Shown: positions 37,555 through 46,615 of the stretch, one piece after another
How the letters are laid out: each line of letters starts with the position of its first letter
How positions within the stretch are numbered: the stretch's first letter is position 1
From: a virus
Lineage: Duplodnaviria; Caudoviricetes
DNA: 64,000 nucleotides
Virus record (IMG/VR): IMGVR_UViG_3300013121_000005
Location: 288,001 to 352,000 of that record
Strand: one strand, 5' to 3'
The notes under the pieces: generated by a model
The model's database searches: none
The model's input: the letters and a program-made list of their open reading frames with translations, nothing else
Told to the model about the DNA's origin: nothing
Position numbers and translations under genes: made by a program

Positions 37555-37788
37555 ATGGACTACGCGGCCAATCTTGCTCTGTTTTTGGTAGACCGGGTTG
37601 GAACTGTGTACGGGACCTGGGAAGGCAGGCTTTCCTCTCAAACTCAACGGGGCTTGTTTGGTCGCGTTCTTGGGCGAGGGCAAATTCGAGTTTCAGGAGA
37701 CACCGAAGTGGTGTCTCACACCCGAAAGGTGTGTTTTGGGACGGACTGGGTTGAGGATCTTTACCGGTTTTCGGATTTCAGAGGGTGA
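37555..37788 (+). CDS. Hypothetical protein
   Basis: Class I promoter, N6 to ATG. Confidence 0.65.
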   Translation: MDYAANLALFLVDRVGTVYGTWEGRLSSQTQRGLFGRVLGRGQIRVSGDTEVVSHTRKVCFGTDWVEDLYRFSDFRG

Positions 37789-38093
37789 CCATGCCAACAG
37801 TGACTATTTTTCCGATTTACATCTGTCGGATCAACACGGATGAGTACAACATGGCAGACCATAGCTTTTGGTCTACCGAAGAGGCAGCCAAAGCAGCTAG
37901 CAAGGGAGTTTCTTGGTACGGAGCAGACGGAACGGTGGTGAAGGGCCTCGCAGTTTGCGTGGACGGCAGTCACTACCTGATCTCCAAGAAGATCGACCTT
38001 GATGAGCGAGAAGCCATGCGTCTCCTACAACTCCAGGCCAGCGCCAGGGCCAAGTTGACCCCCGAGGAACGTGCGGCCGTTGGGCTGGACTAA
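37785..38093 (+). CDS. Hypothetical protein
   Basis: C-terminal ARAKLTPEERAAVGL. Confidence 0.7.
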   Translation: MTMPTVTIFPIYICRINTDEYNMADHSFWSTEEAAKAASKGVSWYGADGTVVKGLAVCVDGSHYLISKKIDLDEREAMRLLQLQASARAKLTPEERAAVGLD

Positions 38094-38107
38094 CACAGGA
38101 AGAAGTC

Positions 38108-38395
38108 ATGTCCAAGCGTGTAGTAGTTCTGGCACTGAAGTGCTATTTCGATAAGGATAGCTGGCGGACGTACGGTCCTCGCCTAGTGGAGCGCCAATTT
38201 GAGTCCTTGAGCGAGGCAACTGCATTCGCTGAGGAGCAACGGGCACCTCAAATGGCCGTCATCCTGCGCCCCAGCTACAACGAGGTAGACGACAAGGGAG
38301 ACTACTTCCGGGAATGGCGTAGTTTCGATGGGTCTCCCCTTAAGGAGACCCGTTGGCCAGTTGCGTCGTCAGAGATGCTTCCGAGAGACGGATGA
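38108..38395 (+). CDS. Hypothetical protein
   Basis: ORF in run. Confidence 0.65.
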   Translation: MSKRVVVLALKCYFDKDSWRTYGPRLVERQFESLSEATAFAEEQRAPQMAVILRPSYNEVDDKGDYFREWRSFDGSPLKETRWPVASSEMLPRDG

Positions 38396-38697
38396 TGGGC
38401 TTTGTGGAAGACATCCTATTCGCGGCCACCTACTACAGCACAAAGGTCAGGCTGCATGACCTGAGCCAACAAGGGGTTGTTTTTCGGCATGCTTTGGTTG
38501 GGTTGCCTGGCCTGAAGGAGTACATCCTGCCCTTCGACCAAGAACGAGTAGATGTCATGGAGCGGGTCATGCACCTGGATACCATTCTTGGGTATGACCT
38601 CGATGGTGTTTGCGGGCAGGCAATTCAAAAAGCATACCAAGAGAGTTCCCTGAAACCTGGGCATGCTTTTCAGTCCTGGATAAGATTTTTCAGTTGA
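38392..38697 (+). CDS. Hypothetical protein, distant paralog of 39349 and 39622
   Basis: EDILFAATYYS...GQAIQKAY. Confidence 0.65.
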   Translation: MMGFVEDILFAATYYSTKVRLHDLSQQGVVFRHALVGLPGLKEYILPFDQERVDVMERVMHLDTILGYDLDGVCGQAIQKAYQESSLKPGHAFQSWIRFFS

Positions 38698-38730
38698 GGG
38701 AAGTGGGGGTCATTTCGTTGAAAGAATACA

Positions 38731-38982
38731 ATGAGCGACCTTCAGTTGCACTACGAGTCGATGACCTATGGCTACTGGGCGGAGGAGGATCCGGAGACTT
38801 GCCCTTGTCACGGTCACGGTTGGGCGCTTTCCGAGGTGGATACGTGGCACAAGTGCCCGGTCCATTTTGCGGGCCAGGCTCATCCGGAGGTTCTGGATGA
38901 TGAGGAGGAGTCGGCTCAGGAGTTTTCGGTTCAGGCGGTTCAGGAGCCGGTACCCGTCGATAGCGACGACATCCCCTTTTGA
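38731..38982 (+). CDS. Zn-binding-like protein with acidic DDIPF tail
   Basis: CPCHG.GW..CPVH; SSB-like C-terminus. Confidence 0.7.
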   Translation: MSDLQLHYESMTYGYWAEEDPETCPCHGHGWALSEVDTWHKCPVHFAGQAHPEVLDDEEESAQEFSVQAVQEPVPVDSDDIPF

Positions 38983-38990
38983 AAGAGACC

Positions 38991-39155
38991 ATGGTCAAGA
39001 AGCTTCATTTGGTAGTAAGGCAAGTCCTCACCCTGGAGCGGGGAGTCCTCGTCTCTTTCGAGGAATTCAGCTTCTCCTGCGGGGCAAAGAATGGGGAGGG
39101 CACGGAGACCCTGAAAGAGGTCACCTGCCCCAAGTGCAAAGCCGGTCATGCCTAG
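38991..39155 (+). CDS. 54-aa protein with VTCPKC (not in track)
   Basis: MVKKLHLV...CGAK...VTCPKCKAGHA. Confidence 0.5.
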   Translation: MVKKLHLVVRQVLTLERGVLVSFEEFSFSCGAKNGEGTETLKEVTCPKCKAGHA

Positions 39156-39336
39156 TCCCAGCTACGAAAACGCAATTCGGGAGCTTGCTCTGCAAGTGTA
39201 CCGAACCCGAAACCAAGATGCGAAGTCCCTTTCCGCCTTGATGTTCCCAACGTTTAAGGACGCCTGGGATTACCTGGAGCGTAACGGATTCAGCAAGACT
39301 CTAGAGTACTTGCGGCATATCCATAACCGAGACTGA
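39148..39336 (+). CDS. Hypothetical protein
   Basis: ORF in run. Confidence 0.55.
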   Translation: MPSPSYENAIRELALQVYRTRNQDAKSLSALMFPTFKDAWDYLERNGFSKTLEYLRHIHNRD

Positions 39337-39348
39337 AAGGGAAACGTC

Positions 39349-39588
39349 ATGCTAGAGGATATCCTGTACGCCGTGGTGCGCTACAGCGTAGAGCAAGTTC
39401 AATGCGATGCCATTTTGTACCAGAACAGCGAGACTCCCAAGGAGTACTTGGCTTTCCGGCGAATTTGCATGTTTGACCTGCTGATGATCAAGGACCCCTA
39501 CACTCCCATTGGGATGGCCATTCGGGATGCGTATCTCAGGGGGCCGTTTGCATGCCAGGTCCCGGAAAATAACCTCCACGTCAACTAG
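39349..39588 (+). CDS. Hypothetical protein, tandem paralog A
   Basis: ILYAVVRYSVEQ..DPYTPIGMAIRDAY. Confidence 0.75.
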   Translation: MLEDILYAVVRYSVEQVQCDAILYQNSETPKEYLAFRRICMFDLLMIKDPYTPIGMAIRDAYLRGPFACQVPENNLHVN

Positions 39589-39621
39589 TTGAGAAAACCC
39601 CTTGGTGTTCGTGAGGTAGGT

Positions 39622-39828
39622 ATGGACGGCATCTTGTACGCGGCAGTGAAGTACAGCGTAGAGCAGGCTCAGCGGGAGAGCACCCCTTACCATGGGGGTG
39701 GGCCTACCCCGGAAAACTCCAAGGAGTACGCAGCTTTCAGACGTCTTTGCACGTTTGACAAGCTGCTGATGCAGGATCCCTACAACCCCATCGGAACGGC
39801 CATTCGGGATGCGTACCATGCGGGATGA
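39622..39828 (+). CDS. Hypothetical protein, tandem paralog B
   Basis: ILYAAVKYSVEQ..DPYNPIGTAIRDAY. Confidence 0.75.
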   Translation: MDGILYAAVKYSVEQAQRESTPYHGGGPTPENSKEYAAFRRLCTFDKLLMQDPYNPIGTAIRDAYHAG

Positions 39829-39832
39829 GGAA

Positions 39833-40096
39833 ATGACTCTCCTAGAGGGAGTACTGGATGCGGCGGCGGCAGCGGAGCTGCGCGTTCGGTCCTATTCGGG
39901 CCGAGGCATGTATGGGGAGACGTGCCTCGGGATCGTGACGGATAATGTCGCGAAGACCCTGCTTACCCTGGCAAGCTGCCTTCCCGATGGGATGCTAGCC
40001 GACTTGGCCGAAGAGACCGTCTGCACGGATTCCATGGGGCGGAACGCCATTGTGTATTGGCCCAACCTACCCTACAAGGGTGACGACGAGGGTTGA
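39833..40096 (+). CDS. Hypothetical phage protein
   Basis: RSYSGRGMYG..CLG..DSMG..IVYWP. Confidence 0.75.
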   Translation: MTLLEGVLDAAAAAELRVRSYSGRGMYGETCLGIVTDNVAKTLLTLASCLPDGMLADLAEETVCTDSMGRNAIVYWPNLPYKGDDEG

Positions 40097-40372
40097 ATGA
40101 ATCAGGTAGACCCATTTTCACTGGATGCCCTTGAAGCAAGGGAGCTTCTCAGCAAGAACGGGATCCCGTTTTTGTCCGTAACTCCCTACGAGTGTTCGGA
40201 CAACTGCGGCCCTGGGCCCAGGTTCATCGTACGTGGGCTTGCTTCGAGTACTGTCCGCAAAAATAGGCAAGGAAGAATCTACCCCCTCTGCTTCAACCTC
40301 TCAGAGTTGAAGGATTTCGTGAGGAAGCACTACAAGAAGTACTACCTCACGAAAAAGCACCCCTCTGGTTGA
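40097..40372 (+). CDS. Hypothetical protein
   Basis: ORF in run. Confidence 0.55.
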   Translation: MNQVDPFSLDALEARELLSKNGIPFLSVTPYECSDNCGPGPRFIVRGLASSTVRKNRQGRIYPLCFNLSELKDFVRKHYKKYYLTKKHPSG

Positions 40373-40401
40373 AAGCTAACCCCTTTCTTCGTTGAGAGAG
40401 T
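40369..40401 (+). promoter_or_regulatory. Class I promoter (representative copy)
   Basis: TTGAAA-N15-CGTTGA-N6-ATG; about 20 similar copies in the window. Confidence 0.8.
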
Positions 40402-40638
40402 ATGAAGACCTCTTGGGACGGGTTGGCGGTTCGGGTGATGCTGGGTTCGGGCTCGCTGAAGGCCAAGCAGGCTCAGCTTGCCCAGCTTGCCAAGCGGGCG
40501 AAGGACCAGCTTGAGAATCGAGTCGAGTGCCCCGAGTGTGGACACAAGGGTCCGCACGACGACAACGGGCAGACAGGGGTCCACCTGTCCTACTGCTGCT
40601 GCAACTGCGGGGCGCACTTCGACAGCGAGGAAATGTAA
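40402..40638 (+). CDS. Zn-ribbon protein
   Basis: CPECG...CCNCG. Confidence 0.7.
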   Translation: MKTSWDGLAVRVMLGSGSLKAKQAQLAQLAKRAKDQLENRVECPECGHKGPHDDNGQTGVHLSYCCCNCGAHFDSEEM

Positions 40639-40691
40639 CCCCAATGGGGGTTTTTTGGTTGAAAGCTAAGCGCTCTCTTCGTTGAGAGAGC

Positions 40692-40814
40692 ATGAAGACC
40701 TCGAAAACCTACTGGGACGGGTTGGCGGTTTACGTGGTGTCTGGGTCGGCGTACGATTCGGTCTCATCGGCGAAGAAGCTTCCGAAGCTTCTGAAGCCTG
40801 CGAAGAAGGGGTAA
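40692..40814 (+). CDS. 40-aa paralog of the 40402 N-terminus (not in track)
   Basis: MKTSKTYWDGLAV versus MKTSWDGLAV; duplicated promoter. Confidence 0.55.
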   Translation: MKTSKTYWDGLAVYVVSGSAYDSVSSAKKLPKLLKPAKKG

Positions 40815-40816
40815 CC

Positions 40817-41305
40817 ATGGCTCGCCTTACCACTAAGCAGTACAACTTCAACGGGCTTGCTGGGTGTGTGACCCAGAAGAAGGCCCGTCGGACGGGCACC
40901 CTCGTGGGGGTCTACAACAGCGAGCAATCCGAGGTCGGGGATGTCGGAGACCCCCTAACGGCTTGGATGACCGTCTGCGAGGAGCATGGAATGCTTGTGG
41001 GCCATTCGAGCCTCAAGCTCGCTCTCTCTCACTCGTCGGACCCTGAGGGGTGGTGTGAGGATTGTCGAGCCAGGAACAACTGGTACGTCCTTGACAATGG
41101 GACGGAAGCGTTCTCCTTCAACGACTTCTTCAAGAACGAGAACCTTCCCGTTCTTGTCCGGACCGTAAGGTCAGAGGAAGTCACTGAGGATGACATGGAA
41201 GGTGTCCGTGACTTGGAGGTGGGAGAGTCCCTAAAGGTCGGGATTGGAGGGACTGAGTTCACGATCACGAGGGTTCCTACAAGCCGTCCTCTGATTTTCG
41301 GTTGA
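40817..41305 (+). CDS. Hypothetical protein
   Basis: WMTVCEEHG..PEGWCEDC. Confidence 0.7.
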   Translation: MARLTTKQYNFNGLAGCVTQKKARRTGTLVGVYNSEQSEVGDVGDPLTAWMTVCEEHGMLVGHSSLKLALSHSSDPEGWCEDCRARNNWYVLDNGTEAFSFNDFFKNENLPVLVRTVRSEEVTEDDMEGVRDLEVGESLKVGIGGTEFTITRVPTSRPLIFG

Positions 41306-41340
41306 AAAGCCTAAACTCTCTTCGTTGAGAAAGTACAGAC

Positions 41341-41652
41341 ATGCCCGCCCGAAAGAACAAGCCTGGGAAGTTCGGATCGACTCCCAAGTCACTGTCGTAC
41401 AGCGCTCCGTTTCGAGAGTTCATAGCAAATAAGGTGCTCCAAGAGCGGATGGCAGACATCAAGGCTACTCTGGCCCTTGCGCTCCTAGCGCAGGAGAGTC
41501 AACGTCCTGGCGAGGCCCACTACGTGGGGTGGCCGCAGATGGCTGACGCTCTCTTCTTGGAGAAGCTCGGCTACCTCCAGGAGTCTAGGGCTGCAAAAGG
41601 ATGCTTCCATGTGACCGAGAAGTTCAAGGAGTGGGTGACCCCCTCTACGTGA
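41341..41652 (+). CDS. Hypothetical protein
   Basis: Class I promoter upstream. Confidence 0.65.
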   Translation: MPARKNKPGKFGSTPKSLSYSAPFREFIANKVLQERMADIKATLALALLAQESQRPGEAHYVGWPQMADALFLEKLGYLQESRAAKGCFHVTEKFKEWVTPST

Positions 41653-41670
41653 GATACCCCTGGTAAGACC

Positions 41671-42147
41671 ATGCACCCTTATTTGGAGCAAATAGCCGAG
41701 CGTCACGGAATCCCGCTTTCCGATCGATCGTGTTACAACGATTACATGTGGAACGGGCGAGACCTCGCTCGAATGTTCCAGAGCGAAATTTACGACAAGG
41801 AGTATGTCGAGTTTTCGGTGTCGACCCCAAAGCCCATACACGACTTTCAAATGGCACACGAGTTGGCCCATTGGGTTGTGGCGGACCCCGTAGAACGTGA
41901 GTTCCCGGAATACGGGTGTGAACTTGGAATAGTTGGTTTTGGGGCCTACCCCTGGGGTTCCATCAGCAACCCAAGTGAAAGGGATCGCCTGCTAAACGTG
42001 GCACCTGGGGTACTCTTGCCAGACGAACAGCTATTTCGTGAAATCTGCGCAGACTTCCTAGGGCAATTTTGGTGTGATTGTGCTGGTCTCATCACCCCAA
42101 AGGAGTGGCGCATTAGTTCCACAAGGCTGGCACCAAGAAGCGCCTGA
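41671..42147 (+). CDS. HExxH protein, possibly 3'-truncated
   Basis: AHELAHW..PEYG. Confidence 0.65.
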   Translation: MHPYLEQIAERHGIPLSDRSCYNDYMWNGRDLARMFQSEIYDKEYVEFSVSTPKPIHDFQMAHELAHWVVADPVEREFPEYGCELGIVGFGAYPWGSISNPSERDRLLNVAPGVLLPDEQLFREICADFLGQFWCDCAGLITPKEWRISSTRLAPRSA

Positions 42148-42256
42148 TCTACAAGGCCGACTACAAGGTGGAGCCGGACCCCGAAGGGTACGCAAAGACC
42201 AACCGTTTCACGTTGGTTATGGATGTCGACGCTTCCAAAGCTATGTGGGGTTGAAG

Positions 42257-42595
42257 ATGAAAGGCGACATTCTTCCATTCAAGATGACGGCGGAACAACG
42301 GAAGATTGCCGTTGAGAAGAGCAAGGCCACCCAAACGCCCGAGTACGAGGGCGTTCGGCTCTTTCGAGCTAAGCTCGAACCCAAAGCCCCCAAACCGCCC
42401 GCCGAACGCCCCAAGACCCTGACCCGAACGTGCGCTTGCTGTGGAAGCTCGGTGAAGGTCAAGCCTGTCAAGGCGAAGCGTCTCCCGGTCCAACCCCCGA
42501 AGCGGTGGTTCCTCTACTACGGCCCTGGTCGCATGACAGGCGGCTTCCGAACGAAGAAGGAAGCCATGAATTGGTACCTCAAGGGGGGAAGATGA
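42257..42595 (+). CDS. Hypothetical basic protein
   Basis: CACCG; ATGA-coupled downstream. Confidence 0.65.
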   Translation: MKGDILPFKMTAEQRKIAVEKSKATQTPEYEGVRLFRAKLEPKAPKPPAERPKTLTRTCACCGSSVKVKPVKAKRLPVQPPKRWFLYYGPGRMTGGFRTKKEAMNWYLKGGR

Positions 42596-42861
42596 AAACG
42601 ATTTACAAGTATGAAGTCAAGCCTGGTGAGTTCACGGTTGAAATGCCTGCGAACTCCCAGGTGTTGACTGTCCAAGCGCAGTACAACAGTGCCTTCATCT
42701 GGGCACTGGTAGACACGGATAACCTCCCCATCATCACCCGTCGGTTCTTTTCGGTCCCCACAGGAGGAAACTGGACGGGTCATCCCCACTATATCTACGT
42801 GGGAACCTTCCAGCTTGAGGGCGGAACCTTGGTGTTTCACCTGTTCGAGGCCCCTACATGA
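42592..42861 (+). CDS. Small phage protein, MKTIYKY family
   Basis: MKTIYKY..WALVD..YVGTFQ..VFHLFE. Confidence 0.8.
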   Translation: MKTIYKYEVKPGEFTVEMPANSQVLTVQAQYNSAFIWALVDTDNLPIITRRFFSVPTGGNWTGHPHYIYVGTFQLEGGTLVFHLFEAPT

Positions 42862-43136
42862 AATTCTATCAAAATGACGGTAAGCTCAGCCTAGCGGGCC
42901 AGGCGTTGTTCAACGCGGTAAAGCTGGCGATCCGCCGCGTCCTCCCCAGAAGGAAGATGAAACGTACACCAATCCTCCATCGAGAGGTCCCCCTTGGCAC
43001 TCGGGTACTCATCCCCAAGAACACTTACGTCCGGGACGTTGGCCAAAGAGGGCCCTCCCGAAGGGTCCTGCTCAAAGCACAAAATAAAAGAGAGGGGCCT
43101 TTTTGGGAGGCCCCTCTCTTCGTCGTTTTTACCTAG
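42858..43136 (+). CDS. Hypothetical basic protein
   Basis: ATGA-coupled. Confidence 0.5.
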   Translation: MKFYQNDGKLSLAGQALFNAVKLAIRRVLPRRKMKRTPILHREVPLGTRVLIPKNTYVRDVGQRGPSRRVLLKAQNKREGPFWEAPLFVVFT

Positions 43137-43140
43137 AAGG

Positions 43141-43398
43141 TCAAGCCCAGGTGATCTTGACCTTCTCCGTCCCCACCGGAACCCCACGGTCCCGGCTGGC
43201 CGAAGCCATCGGGCTATCGAAGCCCGCCTTGTCGACCCAGCGGAGGAGCGCCTTCACGACGATCCGAACCTCCACCTTGGAGGCCGCACGGCCCTGGGCG
43301 ACCACGTTCCCATCCCGAAGGACGCGAACCCCGAACACCCCCTTGTTCTTGCCGAGCGCCGTAACCTTGACGACGAACCCGTTGACATCCGTCCGCAT
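43141..43398 (-). CDS. Hypothetical phage protein
   Basis: SD AAGGAGG; LLRWVDK..SPMASASRDR. Confidence 0.7.
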   Translation of the reverse strand: MRTDVNGFVVKVTALGKNKGVFGVRVLRDGNVVAQGRAASKVEVRIVVKALLRWVDKAGFDSPMASASRDRGVPVGTEKVKITWA

Positions 43399-43495
43399 GA
43401 CCCGCCTCCTTCCTACCTCTTTTCAACGAAAGAACCAGGAAGCCTTCAAGCAAAAGCCTTTCGATTTATTGCCCCACAAGGTCAAGGGGCGCGAA

Positions 43496-43861
43496 TTACG
43501 CCTCATCACAAGGGAAGCTTTCGAGGAATTTCTCAGCTTGCATACGTTGATACTCACGTAATGCTGCGTCTCTCCTAGCTGGCCCTGTCTTACCGTGCCC
43601 GACCACCTCCTTCCCTTGTTCAGGCGGGTCTTGCTTGCGATGTACCAGGAAAGTGCTGCATTGGCCGTGAGCTGGGTCGGACCCGTGGACGTAGCCAACC
43701 CATGTGGCCACAATGTGCGTTACGCTACGACAGTCACACCCCGGCACACGGCAAGGTCGTGGCTGTCTGCTGTCCTCGCTGCGCGGCCTACCAATGTCAG
43801 CAGTATACCTGTGCGTCGAGAGGTGGTGCCCGCAGTTGACGCACACTTTTCTTCCCATCAT
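43496..43861 (-). CDS. Cys-rich hypothetical protein
   Basis: CVNCGH..H..C..PGCDC. Confidence 0.55.
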   Translation of the reverse strand: MMGRKVCVNCGHHLSTHRYTADIGRPRSEDSRQPRPCRVPGCDCRSVTHIVATWVGYVHGSDPAHGQCSTFLVHRKQDPPEQGKEVVGHGKTGPARRDAALREYQRMQAEKFLESFPCDEA

Positions 43862-43894
43862 CCCACCTCCTTGTCGAGCTGGCGGGTACGTGCA

Positions 43895-44083
43895 TCACTC
43901 AAGGGGTTCAACATCAGACTGCTTCAGCCCCCTCACCAGACCCACTACGGCCCCAACAACCAACATCGCGACGTGGGGGATGTTCTCAGGCGAACGTAGC
44001 AAGAACACAGCACAACCAAAAGTCATCCGCAACCCCCCGAAGACGTAGAGACCCAAAAAGAAATTCAACACAACTTCCCCCAA
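43895..44083 (-). CDS. Small membrane protein
   Basis: Two hydrophobic stretches. Confidence 0.45.
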   Translation of the reverse strand: MGEVVLNFFLGLYVFGGLRMTFGCAVFLLRSPENIPHVAMLVVGAVVGLVRGLKQSDVEPLE

Positions 44084-44138
44084 GAAACTACATGTGGTTC
44101 GTTTGCAGTTTCATGTACCCAGCTAGAGTTTCCCAAGG

Positions 44139-44402
44139 TCACTTTCTTCGAGGCTGAGGAAGGAACGTGTAGGCAGCTACCAGGTAGCCCACCCCCATGC
44201 CTACCCCCTCCTCAGCCTTAGCTCGGACCCATACCTCTACAGCAGGTTGCCTCGACCCATCGTACCCTAGGATCGGAGTCGAACCAAGAACCGTATAAAC
44301 CTCGATCTCCTTGTTCTCCAAGAACATCTCCATTTGGAGACGCTTGAGAAGCCTCTCCGCCTCCCCCTCTGTCAGGGTTAACGCACGCTTTTGACAGGTC
44401 AT
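44139..44402 (-). CDS. Hypothetical protein, paralog of 53063-53323
   Basis: RALTLT..IEVYTV..DGS..PAVEV.VRA..GMG.G. Confidence 0.75.
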   Translation of the reverse strand: MTCQKRALTLTEGEAERLLKRLQMEMFLENKEIEVYTVLGSTPILGYDGSRQPAVEVWVRAKAEEGVGMGVGYLVAAYTFLPQPRRK

Positions 44403-44797
44403 TTGAGTACCCCATAGCAGCAGATAGGACAGTCTGGATCCCCCTCACAATGACACAACCCCTTGAACTCTAGAGGGGGTCCGATTCGGACCTTGGCTAG
44501 AACTCTTCCTATGTCTTCTTGTTCAACCTTGTAGACCAAGGCTACTGCCAACCGATGTTTGCAGTGATTCCCCCTGTCCTCACTGTCTGGGCAAGAGCAT
44601 GTACTTTGTTTCGAGATAGGGTCGACCGTAACAAGGTAGTCCCCTTCCACCCCCTCTACGAGCCAGTCCTTCCCCCCTAAGGGGGTACACTCCCCTACCA
44701 GTGCCAGGGTCCGTTGAAGGCGCCTTCGTAGTTGAGGGTTGGCCTCCCCCCATTGAGCTGCTAGCTCGACCATCCGTTGTGCAGGAGAGACCCCCAT
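44399..44797 (-). CDS. SWIM zinc-finger protein
   Basis: YLV..CSCPD..CKH. Confidence 0.8.
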   Translation of the reverse strand: MGVSPAQRMVELAAQWGEANPQLRRRLQRTLALVGECTPLGGKDWLVEGVEGDYLVTVDPISKQSTCSCPDSEDRGNHCKHRLAVALVYKVEQEDIGRVLAKVRIGPPLEFKGLCHCEGDPDCPICCYGVLK

Positions 44798-44798
44798 C

Positions 44799-44981
44799 CT
44801 ACCCTCCACACCCGCAGGGGTACAGTGCAGCACTCCGCCAACTGTACCCCTTCAGCCTTTCGACCCCTCCGCAGACAGAGCACTTCCGTTCCATGAACAC
44901 TCGGAACTCAGGCCCACTCTCACCCTGCAACTCCTTAGCCTCTCCGGTCTTGCCCGCCTCTCCAACGTAGAGTGTCGACAT
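44799..44981 (-). CDS. Small Cys-rich protein
   Basis: CSVCG..CGCG; SD upstream. Confidence 0.5.
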   Translation of the reverse strand: MSTLYVGEAGKTGEAKELQGESGPEFRVFMERKCSVCGGVERLKGYSWRSAALYPCGCGG

Positions 44982-44982
44982 C

Positions 44983-45049
44983 TTCGTATCCAGTCCTTCC
45001 TCGTATCCTATCTATGAAGACTGGATACGATTAGTTCGTATCCAGTCTT
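44983..45049. repeat. Direct and inverted TCGTATCCAGTC repeats
   Basis: Copies at 44984-44995 and 45036-45047, inverted at 45019-45030, partial at 45001-45008. Confidence 0.9.
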
Positions 45050-45293
45050 TGAAACTCAAGGGTAGCGGCACAACATTTTCCTGAGAAAAAACCGCTCGAT
45101 TATTTGTCGGGGCCCTTGCCTTCGGTCGTATACGGCACATTCAGTTAACGTACGGTTATGGTCCGATGGTAAGGTCCGGGACAGAAAACACACAGAAAGA
45201 GTACACCCTTCAATGAACGAGGGGTCAACCTTTCGACAGGGGACCCATGAGGGTTACAAAATGTGGCCCGGTGGATTTTTCGTCCTAAACGGG

Positions 45294-45593
45294 TTATTCC
45301 TTGTCCTGGAGACCCTTGAGTTTTGCTCGAAGGTCTGCAACCTCAATCTCCAACTTGAACTTGGCGACGAAATTCTCCTGCAACACGTCCCTTAGGCAAG
45401 CGAGTTCTAAGACGGCATCGAGGCTACGTGGGAGGTCGAAGTAGTTGTGTCCTGGGTCGTGGTGGGCACAGAGCCATACGATGGGTCCTGGCTTCAGTCG
45501 ATTCGTTGTGTTGTCGACGACGAGCCCGCAAACGCCTCCATCCCATCAGGTAGCGTTACGGGTACACCCTTGGACGATACACTTGGGTCGCAT
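45294..45593 (-). pseudogene. 100-codon frame interrupted by in-frame TGA at codon 16
   Basis: SD AAGGAG; MRPKCIVQGCTRNAT*WDGGVCG...LKGLQDKE. Confidence 0.6.
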
Positions 45594-45740
45594 GGTACTC
45601 CTTTAACGAAGGAGCTGAGGGTTTTGAAATGTGGCTCGGTGGATTTTCAGGGTTGGGCGGTGAAACCCCTGAGGGTCGAAATTTCCTACGGTGGAAATTT
45701 CAGGAGCCCAGGGTCGAAACCCCGGTGTAAAGAGAAAGAG

Positions 45741-46235
45741 ATGTCACCTGACAAGATCAAAGCTTTGAAGGATGCAGCGCCCACGGTTTGGGTAGGTGAT
45801 CGTTTTGACTGTGGGGATGGGTGGTTTGGGATCCTTCTGGGGCTGAGTTCGACCCTTGCTCAGCTTGAGGTTAGCGTCTCTGGGGTGAAGGAGAAGTATG
45901 CGGGGTTGGACTGGTACGTGAGTAACCCGAACCCCCCGTATGGACCTCCTGAGGTTGGGGCGCTCTTACTGGAGGCGAGGAATCAGAGTCTGGTCACGTG
46001 TGAGATTTGCGGTGGGCCTGGGAAGGTGTGTGCAAACCAGAACGAATGGGAGCAGACTCTTTGCCCTAAGCACTGTAACGAAAAAGGGTACAACTATCCT
46101 TGGGCAGAGGGTGAAGAGAAGGTGAGGAGACTTGTTGACGCTGCATGCGACTTGCTGCGTAAGTCCACGAACCGTACAGGCTCGGCTGAGCGCAATGCCT
46201 TGAGGGACTATGACCCGAATTGGGAGACCCGATGA
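45741..46235 (+). CDS. Conserved-type phage hypothetical protein
   Basis: CGDGW..VKEKYAGL..TCEICG..TLC. Confidence 0.8.
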   Translation: MSPDKIKALKDAAPTVWVGDRFDCGDGWFGILLGLSSTLAQLEVSVSGVKEKYAGLDWYVSNPNPPYGPPEVGALLLEARNQSLVTCEICGGPGKVCANQNEWEQTLCPKHCNEKGYNYPWAEGEEKVRRLVDAACDLLRKSTNRTGSAERNALRDYDPNWETR

Positions 46236-46615
46236 TCACGAAGCAGATTGTGGCGTACGGAAAGCAAGTTGTATTGGCCTGCGATGGTCAGTGTAACAAA
46301 GCGTGGGGGTTTAACGGACGTCCTCAACTTTTCTTCATGGAGGGTGGGCCTCCACGTGCTCTTCGGAAGGGGGAGGAGCCCCGGGACTACGATGACTACG
46401 TTTGGGTTGGGGACGATGAGCTGGGGGAAGCTCCAGCGGACCCGGGCACGTATGAAGGGGGGCACGGCAAGCCCTCTGGGACCCCCATCACGGATGGGGA
46501 CCGGATGAACAAGTGGTGCTTCCGTGAATGCGAGCGAAGTTCGAGTTTCAATCCGAATGAGCCGATCCTTCTCCGAGACTTGAAGAAGCCTCGTCCGAAT
46601 ATCCCACGGCCATGA
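46232..46615 (+). CDS. Hypothetical phage protein
   Basis: CDGQCNKAWG..DPGTYEGG..NKWCFRECER. Confidence 0.8.
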   Translation: MITKQIVAYGKQVVLACDGQCNKAWGFNGRPQLFFMEGGPPRALRKGEEPRDYDDYVWVGDDELGEAPADPGTYEGGHGKPSGTPITDGDRMNKWCFRECERSSSFNPNEPILLRDLKKPRPNIPRP

